Assembly (NCBI GenBank): GCA_002245135.1
Contig: NGBS01000894.1
Location: 62,001 to 126,000, forward strand
DNA length: 64,000 bases
Source of the DNA: Proteromonas lacertae
Taxonomy: Eukaryota
Direction: 5' to 3'
Below the pieces are notes generated by a model, which saw only the letters and a program-made list of their open reading frames with translations, had not been told where the DNA came from and did no database searches. Each line of letters begins with the position of its first letter. Positions within the stretch are counted from its first letter, which is position 1. This document shows, in pieces, positions 15,001 through 30,000 of the stretch. A program made the translations under genes and the position numbers.

Positions 15001-18000
15001 TGGATCTCATAGTGAGAATAAGAAAGCCCAATTAATACTTGGATCTTCTTCAGATGATACTGAAGAAATGAAAACTAAATTAATTGCAGGTGAAACTGGA
15101 ATAATCAATATTGAAAGTGGTGTTAATAAAGATAGTGAAATAGGTGGAAGAATTATTATCAATACAGCCGGCGATTCGACAAGTGGAGATATCTACTTAT
15201 TAACCTCATCATCATCAACAAGTGGATCTGTGTATCTACATTCAGGTCATAATGATAATGAAGTAACCAAAATAATAATTGAAACAGGAAATAGTGGTAA
15301 TGGAGTAAGTGGTAATATATTATTCAAAACTGGTGTTTCAACATCAACTCAAAGTTCATCAATAGTAATAGATTCTAATGAAAATTATGATAAAGGATCA
15401 AGTATTTATTTACTAAGTGGATCTGGAAAGACTAGTGGATCAGTTGTAGTAGATTCATACAGAGAATTACAGATTCAAAGTGGAGAATCTCCATCAGTAT
15501 CAGGTAAAATAGATATATCTGTTTCTGAATCAACTGAGAGTGGAAATATTATGATGAAATCCAATAAAATATCAATGAAGACAGGGAAATCGAGTTTAGA
15601 ATCAGGTTCTGTTAAGATTAAATCAGGCGATTCAGAAAATGAACAAGGTGATGGAGGTGAAGTTAGAATAGAAACATTATCTGAAAGTTCAAGTAATAAT
15701 GGAATTAAAATATCAGGTGGTAATAGTAATGGCCAAAAAGGAGGTGATATTGTAATGGAATCAGGTAAATCTGGTTTATTAAGCGGTGATGTAAATATTG
15801 AAACAGGAAGTAGTGATGTTGAAAGTGGATCAATTGATATTAATACAGTTGGTAAAGGAGAATCTGGAAGTGTTTCATTATCAACTAGTGATTCGAATGT
15901 AGCAGGAAAAATAAGAATTGAAAGTGGTGATTCAATCGAAGCAGCTGGTAGTATTGAATTCCTAACAAGGAATTATGGTGGTATTTACATTAGTAGTGGA
16001 AAAGGAAATACTGATAATGGATCAATTAGAATAAAAGCTGGAAATGGTATAGATAATGGTGGTAATTTTATATTAAGTAGTGGTGATAGTATTAATGGAA
16101 ATACTGGAGATATTACCTTCTCTACTAATGAAAATAATGATGTTAGTGGTAATATAACAATCAAAGGAGGTGAATCAATAGAAAGACCTGAAACAATTCA
16201 AATTACTGCATCTTCAACATCCAATAAAGAAACTGCAATTTCGTTCAATACAGGTGAATCAAAGAATTCTGGCAATATTTCATTTGAAACTGGTAAATCA
16301 GATAATAAGATTGGTTCATTGAATATTGAAACAGGAAGATCAGATGAAGATTCTGGCTCAATTAAGATGCAAATTGGTGATTCAAAGAATGGTATTCATG
16401 GCTCAATTAGTATAACAGCAAACTCAACAGCTAATTCAAATGGTATTATAGAAATGAAAGCTGGTAATAGTGATAATGGAATTGCTGGTAGAATCGAAGT
16501 AAATGCTGGTAAATCTGATAGTTCAACAGGTGGATCTATAAACTTAATATCAGGTATTAGTAATACTGGAAATTCAGGATCAATTATGTTCAAGACAAAT
16601 AATGGTAGTATAAGTGGATCTATTAACATTCAAACTGGTAATTCAACAGAAGAATCTGGTGATATAAATGTTAAAACTGGAAAATCATCATATGATGAAT
16701 CAGGATCAATTATATTCGAAACAAATGGAAATACAGAAGCAAGTGGAGATATTGTAATAGACACAAATAATGTAGATGAAAGTATATCATTAGTTGATTT
16801 TAACAGTGGATCTGGAACAGAAAAAGGTGGTGATATTAAAGTTGCATCAAGCAAATCATTGTTATTAAATGCAACTGATTTAATTAGTATTAGAAGTGGA
16901 AATTCAACAAAAACTGGAGGTAATATTACTTTCGATTCAAATAGAATTGTAATTGAAACAAAAGGACCAAAATCTGGAAATATCGACATTGCAACAGGAG
17001 ATGCTGATAATAAAGCAGGAAATATTGATTTTAATGTTGGTTATGGAAATAGTAAATCTGGTTCAATTTCATTATCATCTAGTATGATTAATGTTACAAC
17101 TGGTTCATCTCTTAATGGAAAAGTAGGTGATATAAAGCTTAGAACATCCAATTATACCAATGGTTTATCTGGAGATATTACAATCGATGTACAATCATCA
17201 TTTAACTCTACAAAGACAGGATCGATATATTTTGAAGGAGGTAAATCTTTAGGAAGTGAAAAAGAAGGAGGTGAAATTAAATTAAAAGCTGGAGATGATA
17301 ATTCTAAATCAGGATCAAATGCTGGAAGTATTAAAGTAAATGCAGGAGATTCAATGAATCAAAATGGTGGTTCAATCAAATTAAAATCAGGTTTAGCTCC
17401 AATAACAGGATCTATTAATATTGAAACAGAAAATGCAACTACATCAAGTGGTTTATTAGAATTTAGAACAGGATATGGAAAAGTTACTGGTTCTATAAAT
17501 ATAGAAACTGGTTATAGTGATGGAGTTTCTGGACTTATACATATTGAAACAGGTTATGGTAGTAATAAAACTGGAAATGCATATATAAAGACTGGTAATT
17601 CTGCAAATGGAGTTAGTGGAAACATAACCATAATATCAGGTAATTCAAATGATACAAAAAGTTCATCGGTTGATATAAAAGCTGGTGATTTAGACAAGAC
17701 ATCTCAGAATGATAAAGCTGGTTCAGTTATATCCAATGCTGGAGGTTCAACCAATGGAATAGGTGGTGATTACATTATATCTGGTGGATCTAGTTCAAAT
17801 CATTCTGGTATTGTTAGATTTAATACTCCTTCTACAAATAATGGAAAATCAGGTTTAATTGGTTTTACAACTGAATCTAAGAATTCGAAATCTAATACAA
17901 TAAAAATATCAACTGGTTATGGAAAGATTAGTGGAGGAATAGAAATAAAGACAGGTGATTCAAGTAATGAAAGTGGTAAGATTGAAATAATATCAAGATC

Positions 18001-21000
18001 AAATCTTAACACAGGAAATATCAATATTCATACAAAAGAGAATAAGAATGATGTAGGAGGTGATATTAATATCAAATCAAAGAATGGAGGTGAAAAAACT
18101 GGTAATGTATTATTTGAAACAAAGAGTGATAGAGATACAGGATCTATTGAAATAGAGACTGGTTATTCTGATCTTCATTCAGGCAGCATTTCAATAAATG
18201 CAGGAAATGGTGAAGAACCTGGAAGTGTAGAATTTATATCTGGTTATTCAAATAGTAGTGAAATAGGAGGAAATGTTACAATAATATCCGGTTCAGGTAG
18301 AATAAATGGTGGTAATATTAATGTAGCTACAAGTGATTCAGCAGAATCCAATATAATAGGTATTAATACAGGAAAAGCAACCTCTAACAGTGGTGATATT
18401 AACGTAAAGACTGGTTCATCTTCAAGTGAATCTGGAAGTATAAAAATCAAGTCAGGAAGTGGTGTTATGAGTGGTAATATAGAATTTAAATCAGGAGATA
18501 GTAGTTTTGGAATAGCAAGTTCAATAATAATTGAAAGTTCAAAAAGTCCAATGAAAAGTGGTGATGTTGTATCTAAAACAGGTAATTCAAAAGAAAAGTC
18601 AGGATCAATTATATTAGCTACAAGTAATAGTTCTGTATTAAGTGGATCAATAGTAATACAAAGTGGAGAAAGTGCTAATGATAAATCAGGTAATATATTG
18701 ATAAAAGGAGGAGACTCTTTAAAGAAGAGTGAAATTCAATTCAAAAGTGGTGGAGGAAAAGAAAGTGGTAATATTGATATTAAATCAGAAGATGGTTTAT
18801 TAGGTAGTGGTGATATATCGATATTAACTGAAAATGGTAATGGAAATACTGGTTCTATAGATGTTAAAACTGGAAATAGTACAAAATCAGAATCAGGTAG
18901 TATTTATTTGAAGACATTATCTGATAATAAACAAAGTGGAAATATTAGTTTAACCACTGGTAGTGGTGATGAAAGTGGATCTATATTAATCAATGGTGGA
19001 GATAGTGTATCTTCGGTTGGAGGATCTGTTAATATAATAGGTAGTAAATCAGATAATAAAATAGGAGGAAATATAACTTTCAAATCTGGTTATGGTGATA
19101 TGAAATCAGGAAATGTTGATTTTAACACAGGAAATTCTACAATCAATAGTGGAGATATTATATTAGAAACTGGTGATAGTAAAGATGCAGTTGGTGATAT
19201 AATAGTTGAATCTGGAAGTGGTAATAGTAATGGCGATATTTTAATGAACAGTGCTGCACACAATTCAGAGGAAGGTGCTTCAATCAATATGATAACTGGT
19301 TCAGGTGGTGTATCAAGTGGTTCATTATTTATACAAACCAAAGAAGGTGATAAATCTGGTTCTATAACAGTAAATACTGGATCTGGTGATGTAGAATCTG
19401 GTGATATATCATTTGAAACAGGAAGATCAAATGAAAAATCAGCAAATATCAGTGTAATATCAGGAGATGGTGATAAATCTGGATCAATTAATATTCAAAC
19501 AGAATATTCTAAAGAAGAAAGTGGTTCTATTTATTATAAATCAGGGTCAGGCACAAACGAAGGAGGATCAATGACAATAAGAGGTGGATTAAGTAGTAAT
19601 ATAGGTGCTTCAATTATAATGAAAACTGGATCTGGTATTAATGAAAGTGGAGAAATTAAGATAACATCTGGAAATGGTGAAAGACAATCTGGAAATATAT
19701 ATTTAAATACAGGTAAATCAGATCAGACATCAGGATCGATTATTTTAGAAACTGGTGAATCACAATTATCTTCTGGTTCAATAAAGATTAAAACAGAATC
19801 AGGTGTAATAGCTGGTTCAATAATATTGAAGAATGGTGTTAGTAAATCTAATACAGTAAGTGGTATTATAGATATTAGTACTGGTAATGCTGAGAATGGA
19901 GGAAATATATTCATTCAGTCAAAGAAAGTTACTACAGGTGATTATTCAAGTGGTTCATTACAATTCAAAACTGGAGCTGGCGTATTAAGCAGTGGTTCAA
20001 TTAACATTGAATCAGGTTCAGGTATTACAAGTGGTGATATTACAATGTCTGCTGAAACATCTGAAACTGGTGGTAATATTCTATTAAAATCAGGTGATTC
20101 TAAATCATATACAGGAGGAAGTGTAATATTAAATGCAGGATATGGAGAAATACCTGGAGCTATACATATTGCTTCTACTTCAAGTAGTTATACAACTGGA
20201 GATATAAAAATATCATCAGGTGAAGGTAAATCTGGTGATTCAGGAAATGTGAATGTTACTACAGGTTCATCTGATAGAAATGCTGGTAATATAGAAATGG
20301 TTGCAGGCAGTTCGAAAGATCAAGGAGGTGATACAACATTCTATGGTGGTGATAGTAGAATGAATAATGGAGGTTCAGTAGTGATAGAAGGTGGATCAGG
20401 TAAAAGTAGTGGATCAGTTAGCATTAACAGTGCAGATGCGACACAATTATCTGGTTCAATTGATATATCAACAGCAAATGAAAATAATGATGGTAGTACA
20501 ACAGGATATATTGTTATTAACACAGGAAAAGCAGGTAAAACAGCTGGATCTATTTATTTTGTAGCTGGTGAATCACAATTTAAAGGAGCTGAAGTTTCAC
20601 TATTAGGTGGATTATCCAGATCATCTACAGGAGGAAAAATCATAGTAATTGCTGGTAATAGTAAAAGAGGAGTAGCTGGATCTATATATATTCAAGGTGG
20701 TGTTTCATATACAACTTCAAATCTTTACACAAGTTCATTAAAACTTGGAGGAGATGTCGATGTAACTAGTGGAAATGGAAATACAAAGTCAGGAAATATA
20801 ACATTTGTGACAAATAATGGTAATATGGATGCATTAAGTGGTGATGCAATAATGAAAACAGGAGATGCATTAGCAGCAAATTCTGGATCAATTGTAATAA
20901 CATCAGGTGATGCTAATGTTGCTGGTACAATATCAATAATTACAGGTAAAGGAAAAGTATCAGGAGATGTGGTAGTTAGTTCAGGAGAAAGTACAAATGG

Positions 21001-24000
21001 AGTTGGAGGTGGAGTATATTTAAAAACTCAACAAGCTCTTTCAGCTGGTATTTCAGGTGGAATTGTTTTACATACACAGAAATCAACAAGTAAATCAGGA
21101 GTTATTTCCTTCAGAACAGGTAATGCTCCTTCAGCAGTATCTGGTAAAATATCAGTAACAACAGGAAATTCAGAATCAGATCAAGCTGGTAATATAAATA
21201 TCAAATCAGGTGATGGTTATAATGGAGGATCAGTGTATTTTGTTGGTAGTAGAGCATCAAATGGTGTTGGTGGTAATGTAATATTTGAAGGAGGAGTAAG
21301 TCAAGGAAATGGAGGTTCAATTATCATTAATACTGGTAAATCAACTAATGCAGGATCATCTGGTTCAATATATCTCAAGACTGAAAATGATAATAATGCT
21401 GGTTCAATATACATAAAAGGTGGTGTGTCAAAATATGATGAAGATGGAGGTACAGGATTAATAGTAATAAATGCTGGTACTAGATTAGGAGGTAAAGGTG
21501 CAAATGTATATGCATATTCTGGTAAAGGTAAAAGTGTAGGTGGAAATATTAATTTCAGAACTGGTTTATCAACAAAATTAGGTGAATCTGGTTCAATTAT
21601 ATTAGGAACTGGTGATGCAAAACTTGCAGGAAATATATTCATAAGAGTAGGTAATACAATTGGAGAAAATACACAAGGATCTTCTGTATATTTAAAAGGA
21701 GGAGCAGGACAACCAGGAGGATCAGTATTAATTGCAGGTGGACAATGTGATGGAAAAGGTACATCAGGATCTGTTTATATTCACACTGAAGATGCTGGAA
21801 CAGCCGGTACAATAAACTTACTAAGTGGTTCATCTGATACATCTGATACAGGAGGATCTGTGATATTAAAGAGTGGTAGTGGTTCAAAATATGGTGGTAT
21901 TGTTTCATTTAAGACTGCTGATATGGTTTCAGGAACATCTGGTATGATAAAAATATCAACCGGATCTGGAATTCAATCTGGTGATATAGATATATCTCCT
22001 AGTTTATCAGAAGGATCACATGCTGGATTTGTATCAATCGAATCTGGTTATGGTAATACAGAAGGTGGTTCAGTTCTTGTTAAATCAGGATCATCTGGAA
22101 AATCAGGTGGTTCAACAGGTAGTATTATTATCGATTCTGGAAGTGGTACTAATAGTGGTTCTGTCAATATTAATACAGGAAGTTCAACAGTTGCTGGCTC
22201 AATAAATGTTTTAGGAGGAAGTGGAACTGCTATAGGTGGTTCAATCTATTTAGAATCAGGAAGTGGCTCTATATCTGGTTCAATTAATATTAAAACAAAA
22301 GGAAAAAATAATAGTGGTAGTATAGAAATAAATACTGGTTCAACAAGTTTAGAAAGTGGATCAGTTGATATAGTAACAGGAGGTATTGAAAAGAGTGGAT
22401 TAGTATATATAAAATCAGGAACAAGCAACCTTGGAGGATCAATAACAGTAAGTACTGGATCTGGTATTACAAGTGGTTCATTATATATTAAATCTGGATC
22501 AGCAGCAACAGCTGGATCTATTAATTTTAGTATTGATAGGAAGTACTTCTACAGGTGGTTCAATTTTCTTAAAATCAGGATCAGGAACAGTAGGAGGATC
22601 AATTAGTATAACAGGAAGTGATGGATCATTGATGGGAGGAAATGTGAATTTAGAAATAGCAGGTGGAACTATTCCTGGAAGTATAGTTATATCTGTTGGA
22701 AGTGGATCAACCTCAGGAAGTTTAGTTATAAATGGAGGAGAAGGTGGTTCAGGAGGTGATATAACAGTAACTTCTGGTTCAGGTACAATTACAAGTGGTT
22801 CAATATATATTAATAGCTCTGATAGTAGTGTAGTTGGAAGTATATTATTAAAAGGAGGAGATGGTTTAACAAGTGGTGGATTAATCTACTTAAAGAGTGG
22901 TAAAACAAATGGTTCAATATCATTGTTAAGTGGAACAGGAGGTAATACAAGTGGTAGTATTTTTATAAACAGTCATAAAAGTGAAGTAAGTGGAAGTATA
23001 TCAATAATATCCAAAAAAGATAAAATCAACATAGAAAGTGGAAGTGGTACAATGGGTGGTTCAATATTAATAATGAGTGATGGAAATGAGAAAAGTGGTT
23101 CAATAAATATAAAAACAAAAAGTGGTGATAGTAATTCTAGTGGTGGAAGTATAAATATGCAAAGTGGCAATGGATCAACAACAGGTGGTGAAATCCGTAT
23201 ATTAAGTGGAAGTGGTGTAAATACAGGAGGAGAAATCGAGATATTAAGTGGAAGTGGTATAACAAGTGGTTCGATATACTTGAAAGGAGGTGTAGGTACA
23301 ACAATTGGTGGTTCTATATTATTAGAGAGTGGAAATGGAAGTGATACAGTTGGTTCAATAAAAATCGAAAGTGGAAGTAGTTTAGAAAGTGGAAGTATAA
23401 ATATTTTAAGTGGAAGTAGTACTAAAGAAAGTGGTTATATATCTATAAGTAGTTCATCATCTTCAACAGTTGGTTTAATATCAATAAAAAGTGGAGATGG
23501 AAGTACAAGTGGATCTTTATCCTTTAAGAGCGGTGAAAGTAATAGTACAAGTGGAAGTATAAATATAAGTAGTGGAAATGGTTCAGAAGGTGGTTCAATA
23601 GAAATAAGTAGTGGTAATGGTATAACAGTTGGATCAATCTCCTTAAAAAGTGGAAATGGTTTAACAACTGGTGGAAGTATAATAATTGAAAGTGGTAGTA
23701 GTATTGAAGGTGGTTTAATAAAGATATTAAGTGGAAGTGGTAAAAGTACTTCTAGTTCAATAAACATTAAAACTTCTGAAAGTGTGATGAGTGGAAGTAT
23801 AAATATTTTAAGTGGTGATGGTAAAAATACAGGAGGTAATATAAATATTAAAAGTGGAAGTGGTAGTGATGAAAGTGGTTCAATATCTTTGAAGAGTTCA
23901 GGAAGTGTCACTAGTGGTTCAATCTTCTTAATGACTGAGAATAGTGAAACAGTTGGATCTTTACGAATAATAGGTGGTAAATCTAATAATAGTAATGGTG

Positions 24001-27000
24001 GAAGTATAATATTCTCCAGTGGAAGTAGTATCGAAGGTGGAAGTATCTTAATACTAAGTGGTTCAGGTGGAACAACCAGTGGTTCAATATATATTAATAG
24101 CTCTGATAGTAGTGTAGTTGGAAGTATATTATTAAAAGGAGGAGATGGTTTAACAAGTGGTGGATTAATCTACTTAAAGAGTGGTAAAACAAATGGTTCA
24201 ATATCATTGTTAAGTGGAACAGGAGGTAATACAAGTGGTAGTATTTTTATAAACAGTCATAAAAGTGAAGTAAGTGGAAGTATATCAATAATATCCAAAA
24301 AAGATAAAATCAACATAGAAAGTGGAAGTGGTACAATGGGTGGTTCAATATTAATAATGAGTGATGGAAATGAGAAAAGTGGTTCAATAAATATAAATAC
24401 TAGTAACAGCAATAAAAGTGGATCTATATTCTTTGAAACTGGTAATAGAAGTGATAATATAGGTGCTCCAATTATAATCTCTGCTGGATCTGGAGCTGAA
24501 TCTGGATCGGTATCTTTGCAGAGTGGATTAGGAAAAGTTGTAGGTGGTGTATACTTTCAGACATATAATTCTGCAAATAGTGGTAGTGTATCTATAAAAT
24601 CAGGTGATGGAACTAAAAGTGGAGCTGTCAACATAGAAAGTGGAAGTGGTACAATGGGTGGTTCAATATTAATAATGAGTGATGGAAATGAGAAAAGTGG
24701 TTCAATAAATATAAAAACAAAAAGTGGTGATAGTAATTCTAGTGGTGGAAGTATAAATATGCAAAGTGGCAATGGATCAACAACAGGTGGTGAAATCCGT
24801 ATATTAAGTGGAAGTGGTGTAAATACAGGAGGAGAAATCGAGATATTAAGTGGAAGTGGTATAACAAGTGGTTCGATATACTTGAAAGGAGGTGTAGGTA
24901 CAACAATTGGTGGTTCTATATTATTAGAGAGTGGAAATGGAAGTGATACAGTTGGTTCAATAAAAATCGAAAGTGGAAGTAGTTTAGAAAGTGGAAGTAT
25001 AAATATTTTAAGTGGAAGTAGTACTAAAGAAAGTGGTTATATATCTATAAGTAGTTCATCATCTTCAACAGTTGGTTTAATATCAATAAAAAGTGGAGAT
25101 GGAAGTACAAGTGGATCTTTATCCTTTAAGAGCGGTGAAAGTAATAGTACAAGTGGAAGTATAAATATAAGTAGTGGAAATGGTTCAGAAGGTGGTTCAA
25201 TAGAAATAAGTAGTGGTAATGGTATAACAGTTGGATCAATCTCCTTAAAAAGTGGAAATGGTTTAACAACTGGTGGAAGTATAATAATTGAAAGTGGTAG
25301 TAGTATTGAAGGTGGTTTAATAAAGATATTAAGTGGAAGTGGTAAAAGTACTTCTAGTTCAATAAACATTAAAACTTCTGAAAGTGTGATGAGTGGAAGT
25401 ATAAATATTTTAAGTGGTGATGGTAAAAATACAGGAGGTAATATAAATATTAAAAGTGGAAGTGGTAGTGATGAAAGTGGTTCAATATCTTTGAAGAGTT
25501 CAGGAAGTGTCACTAGTGGTTCAATCTTCTTAATGACTGAGAATAGTGAAACAGTTGGATCTTTACGAATAATAGGTGGTAAATCTAATAATAGTAATGG
25601 TGGAAGTATAATATTCTCCAGTGGAAGTAGTATCGAAGGTGGAAGTATCTTAATACTAAGTGGTTCAGGTGGAACAACCAGTGGTTCAATATATATTAAT
25701 AGCTCTGATAGTAGTGTAGTTGGAAGTATATTATTAAAAGGAGGAGATGGTTTAACAAGTGGTGGATTAATCTACTTAAAGAGTGGTAAAACAAATGGTT
25801 CAATATCATTGTTAAGTGGAACAGGAGGTAATACAAGTGGTAGTATTTTTATAAACAGTCATAAAAGTGAAGTAAGTGGAAGTATATCAATAATATCCAA
25901 AAAAGATAAAATCAACATAGAAAGTGGAAGTGGTACAATGGGTGGTTCAATATTAATAATGAGTGAAAATAGTGATAATGAAACAGGTATGATATATATG
26001 TCATCAAGTACATTATTAATAACTGGTGGAAGTGGAACAACAACAGGTGGTCCAATATTAATAAATAGTGGAGATGGTACAAATAGTGGTGATGTAGAAA
26101 TTAAAAGTAAGAATACTGTATTATTGAATAGTGGTTCCAGTTCTGTATCTGGAAGTATAATGTTAAAAACATCTGATGGTACAACATCCTCTGGTTTTAT
26201 TTTTGTTAAATCTGGTGCATCTGAAAATAATGAAATTATAGTAAGATCTGGATCTGGTAACTCATCTGGTTCAATAAACATTAAAACTTCTGAAAGTGTG
26301 ATGAGTGGAAGTATAAATATTTTAAGTGGTGATGGTAAAAATACAGGAGGTAATATAAATATTAAAAGTGGAAGTGGTAGTGATGAAAGTGGTTCAATAT
26401 CTTTGAAGAGTTCAGGAAGTGTCACTAGTGGTTCAATCTTCTTAATGACTGAGAATAGTGAAACAGTTGGATCTTTACGAATAATAGGTGGTAAATCTAA
26501 TAATAGTAATGGTGGAAGTATAATATTCTCCAGTGGAAGTAGTATCGAAGGTGGAAGTATCTTAATACTAAGTGGTTCAGGTGGAACAACCAGTGGTTCA
26601 ATATATATTAATAGCTCTGATAGTAGTGTAGTTGGAAGTATATTATTAAAAGGAGGAGATGGTTTAACAAGTGGTGGATTAATCTACTTAAAGAGTGGTA
26701 AAACAAATGGTTCAATATCATTGTTAAGTGGAACAGGAGGTAATACAAGTGGTAGTATTTTTATAAACAGTCATAAAAGTGAAGTAAGTGGAAGTATATC
26801 AATAATATCCAAAAAAGATAAAATCAACATAGAAAGTGGAAGTGGTACAATGGGTGGTTCAATATTAATAATGAGTGATGGAAATGAGAAAAGTGGTTCA
26901 ATAAATATAAAAACAAAAAGTGGTGATAGTAATTCTAGTGGTGGAAGTATAAATATGCAAAGTGGCAATGGATCAACAACAGGTGGTGAAATCCGTATAT

Positions 27001-30000
27001 TAAGTGGAAGTGGTGTAAATACAGGAGGAGAAATCGAGATATTAAGTGGAAGTGGTATAACAAGTGGTTCGATATACTTGAAAGGAGGTGTAGGTACAAC
27101 AATTGGTGGTTCTATATTATTAGAGAGTGGAAATGGAAGTGATACAGTTGGTTCAATAAAAATCGAAAGTGGAAGTAGTTTAGAAAGTGGAAGTATAAAT
27201 ATTTTAAGTGGAAGTAGTACTAAAGAAAGTGGTTATATATCTATAAGTAGTTCATCATCTTCAACAGTTGGTTTAATATCAATAAAAAGTGGAGATGGAA
27301 GTACAAGTGGATCTTTATCCTTTAAGAGCGGTGAAAGTAATAGTACAAGTGGAAGTATAAATATAAGTAGTGGAAATGGTTCAGAAGGTGGTTCAATAGA
27401 AATAAGTAGTGGTAATGGTATAACAGTTGGATCAATCTCCTTAAAAAGTGGAAATGGTTTAACAACTGGTGGAAGTATAATAATTGAAAGTGGTAGTAGT
27501 ATTGAAGGTGGTTTAATAAAGATATTAAGTGGAAGTGGTAAAAGTACTTCTAGTTCAATAAACATTAAAACTTCTGAAAGTGTGATGAGTGGAAGTATAA
27601 ATATTTTAAGTGGTGATGGTAAAAATACAGGAGGTAATATAAATATTAAAAGTGGAAGTGGTAGTGATGAAAGTGGTTCAATATCTTTGAAGAGTTCAGG
27701 AAGTGTCACTAGTGGTTCAATCTTCTTAATGACTGAGAATAGTGAAACAGTTGGATCTTTACGAATAATAGGTGGTAAATCTAATAATAGTAATGGTGGA
27801 AGTATAATATTCTCCAGTGGAAGTAGTATCGAAGGTGGAAGTATCTTAATACTAAGTGGTTCAGGTGGAACAACCAGTGGTTCAATATATATTAATAGCT
27901 CTGATAGTAGTGTAGTTGGAAGTATATTATTAAAAGGAGGAGATGGTTTAACAAGTGGTGGATTAATCTACTTAAAGAGTGGTAAAACAAATGGTTCAAT
28001 ATCATTGTTAAGTGGAACAGGAGGTAATACAAGTGGTAGTATTTTTATAAACAGTCATAAAAGTGAAGTAAGTGGAAGTATATCAATAATATCCAAAAAA
28101 GATAAAATCAACATAGAAAGTGGAAGTGGTACAATGGGTGGTTCAATATTAATAATGAGTGAAAATAGTGATAATGAAACAGGTATGATATATATGTCAT
28201 CAAGTACATTATTAATAACTGGTGGAAGTGGAACAACAACAGGTGGTCCAATATTAATAAATAGTGGAGATGGTACAAATAGTGGTGATGTAGAAATTAA
28301 AAGTAAGAATACTGTATTATTGAATAGTGGTTCCAGTTCTGTATCTGGAAGTATAATGTTAAAAACATCTGATGGTACAACATCCTCTGGTTTTATTTAT
28401 GTGGAAGCAGAAGAATATGTTAATATAAATACAGGTAATTCTACAACAACATCTGGTTCAATTTTCATAAAAGCAGTAAATTCAAACACAACTGGATTTA
28501 TATTAATTAATGGTGAAGGAAGAATTGAATTAAAATCCGGAGCTTCATCTTACTCTGGATCAATATCGTTACTGGCTCCTAAGATTAGTATATCAACTGG
28601 TGATTCTACAAATCCTGGCAAAATTTCCATTAAATCTAACAATGGAAATACTAGTGCAGGATCTATTTTTGTTGAAAATGGATCAGGAAATCTAGGTGGA
28701 TCAATTATGATAATTGGAGGAAATGAAAATGGATCTATTAATATACTTACACCTGATTCTACAACTAGTGGTAATATCAATTTTATTACAGGAGAAGCAA
28801 CAACATCTATTTCAGGTATTATTGAAATTGTTAGTGGAAGTGGTAAACATGGTGGATCAGTAAACATTATTTCTACCAAGGACATAAAAGTAAAGAGTGG
28901 TAGTAGTGGTAATGAATCAGGATCTGTATTATTGAATATTGGTTCAGGTACAACTACTGGAGGATCTATATTTGTAAGTTCAGGAACAATTAGTATATTA
29001 TCTGGTAGTGGTAGTAAGAATAGTGGATCTATATTATTCAGAGGTGGAGAAAGTACTACTGAAGGTGGTTCAATATCAATCATTAATGAAAATACCATAA
29101 ATATTATTACTGGTGATAGTTCTTCTACATCTGGATCAATTCAAATAGAAACAAAAGGAAAGAGTACATCAGGATCAATAAACATTTATTCAAATAATAC
29201 AATTGAAATATATTCTGGTTCATCAACAACATCAGGATCTATAGTAATTTCAACTGGTGATGGTAGTACAAATTCATCTGGTGAGATTGAATTAACTGCA
29301 AATTCTAATATATCAATTAAAACTGGAACTGGTAGTGATAGTAGTGGAAAAATTATAATAAAAAATCAATCAAGTTCTGGAGGTGATGATATATCAATTA
29401 AAACAGGTACTGGGACTGTGTCAGGTACTATTTCTATTAAATCAGGAAATGGAACTACAGTAGGAGGTATTAGTTTTGCTGGAAATGATGCAACTACTTC
29501 TGGTGGTTCAATCAAGGTATTGAGTAGTGAAGGAACAACTACTAGTGGTTCTATCTTTTTAGTTACTCAAAGTGATGGTTCAATTTCAATAGTTGGTAGT
29601 GGAGCCAAAACAAGTGGTTCAATAATAATAAAAGATGATAATGGAACAATAAATTTAGAAGGTGGAACAATCAAATTATTAAGTGGTGCTAGTAGTGATT
29701 CAAATGGTGGTTCAATATTATTATCTAGTTCAACAATTTCAATAAAAAGTGGAAATGGTTCAAGCGTTGGTGAAATTTCAATATCTAGTGGAGAAAATGA
29801 AAATAGTACAAGTGGTTCAATGTCAATAGACAGTAGTACAATATTAATAAGAATGGGTTCAAGTGGTGTGTCATCTGGAGAAATCTTGATAAAGAGTGGT
29901 GATGGTAGTACAACAGGCTCAATAAAAATTGAATCCAATAATGGATCAATAAATATAGAAGGTGGAAGTGGAAGTATAGGTGGATTAATAAAAATAGAGA

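Noticed and set aside
22530..22539. A 10-nt GT...AG (gtattgatag) whose removal would restore the frame
   Set aside because: It is far shorter than the 25-40 nt introns seen here. A single-base error is simpler, though cDNA should be checked.
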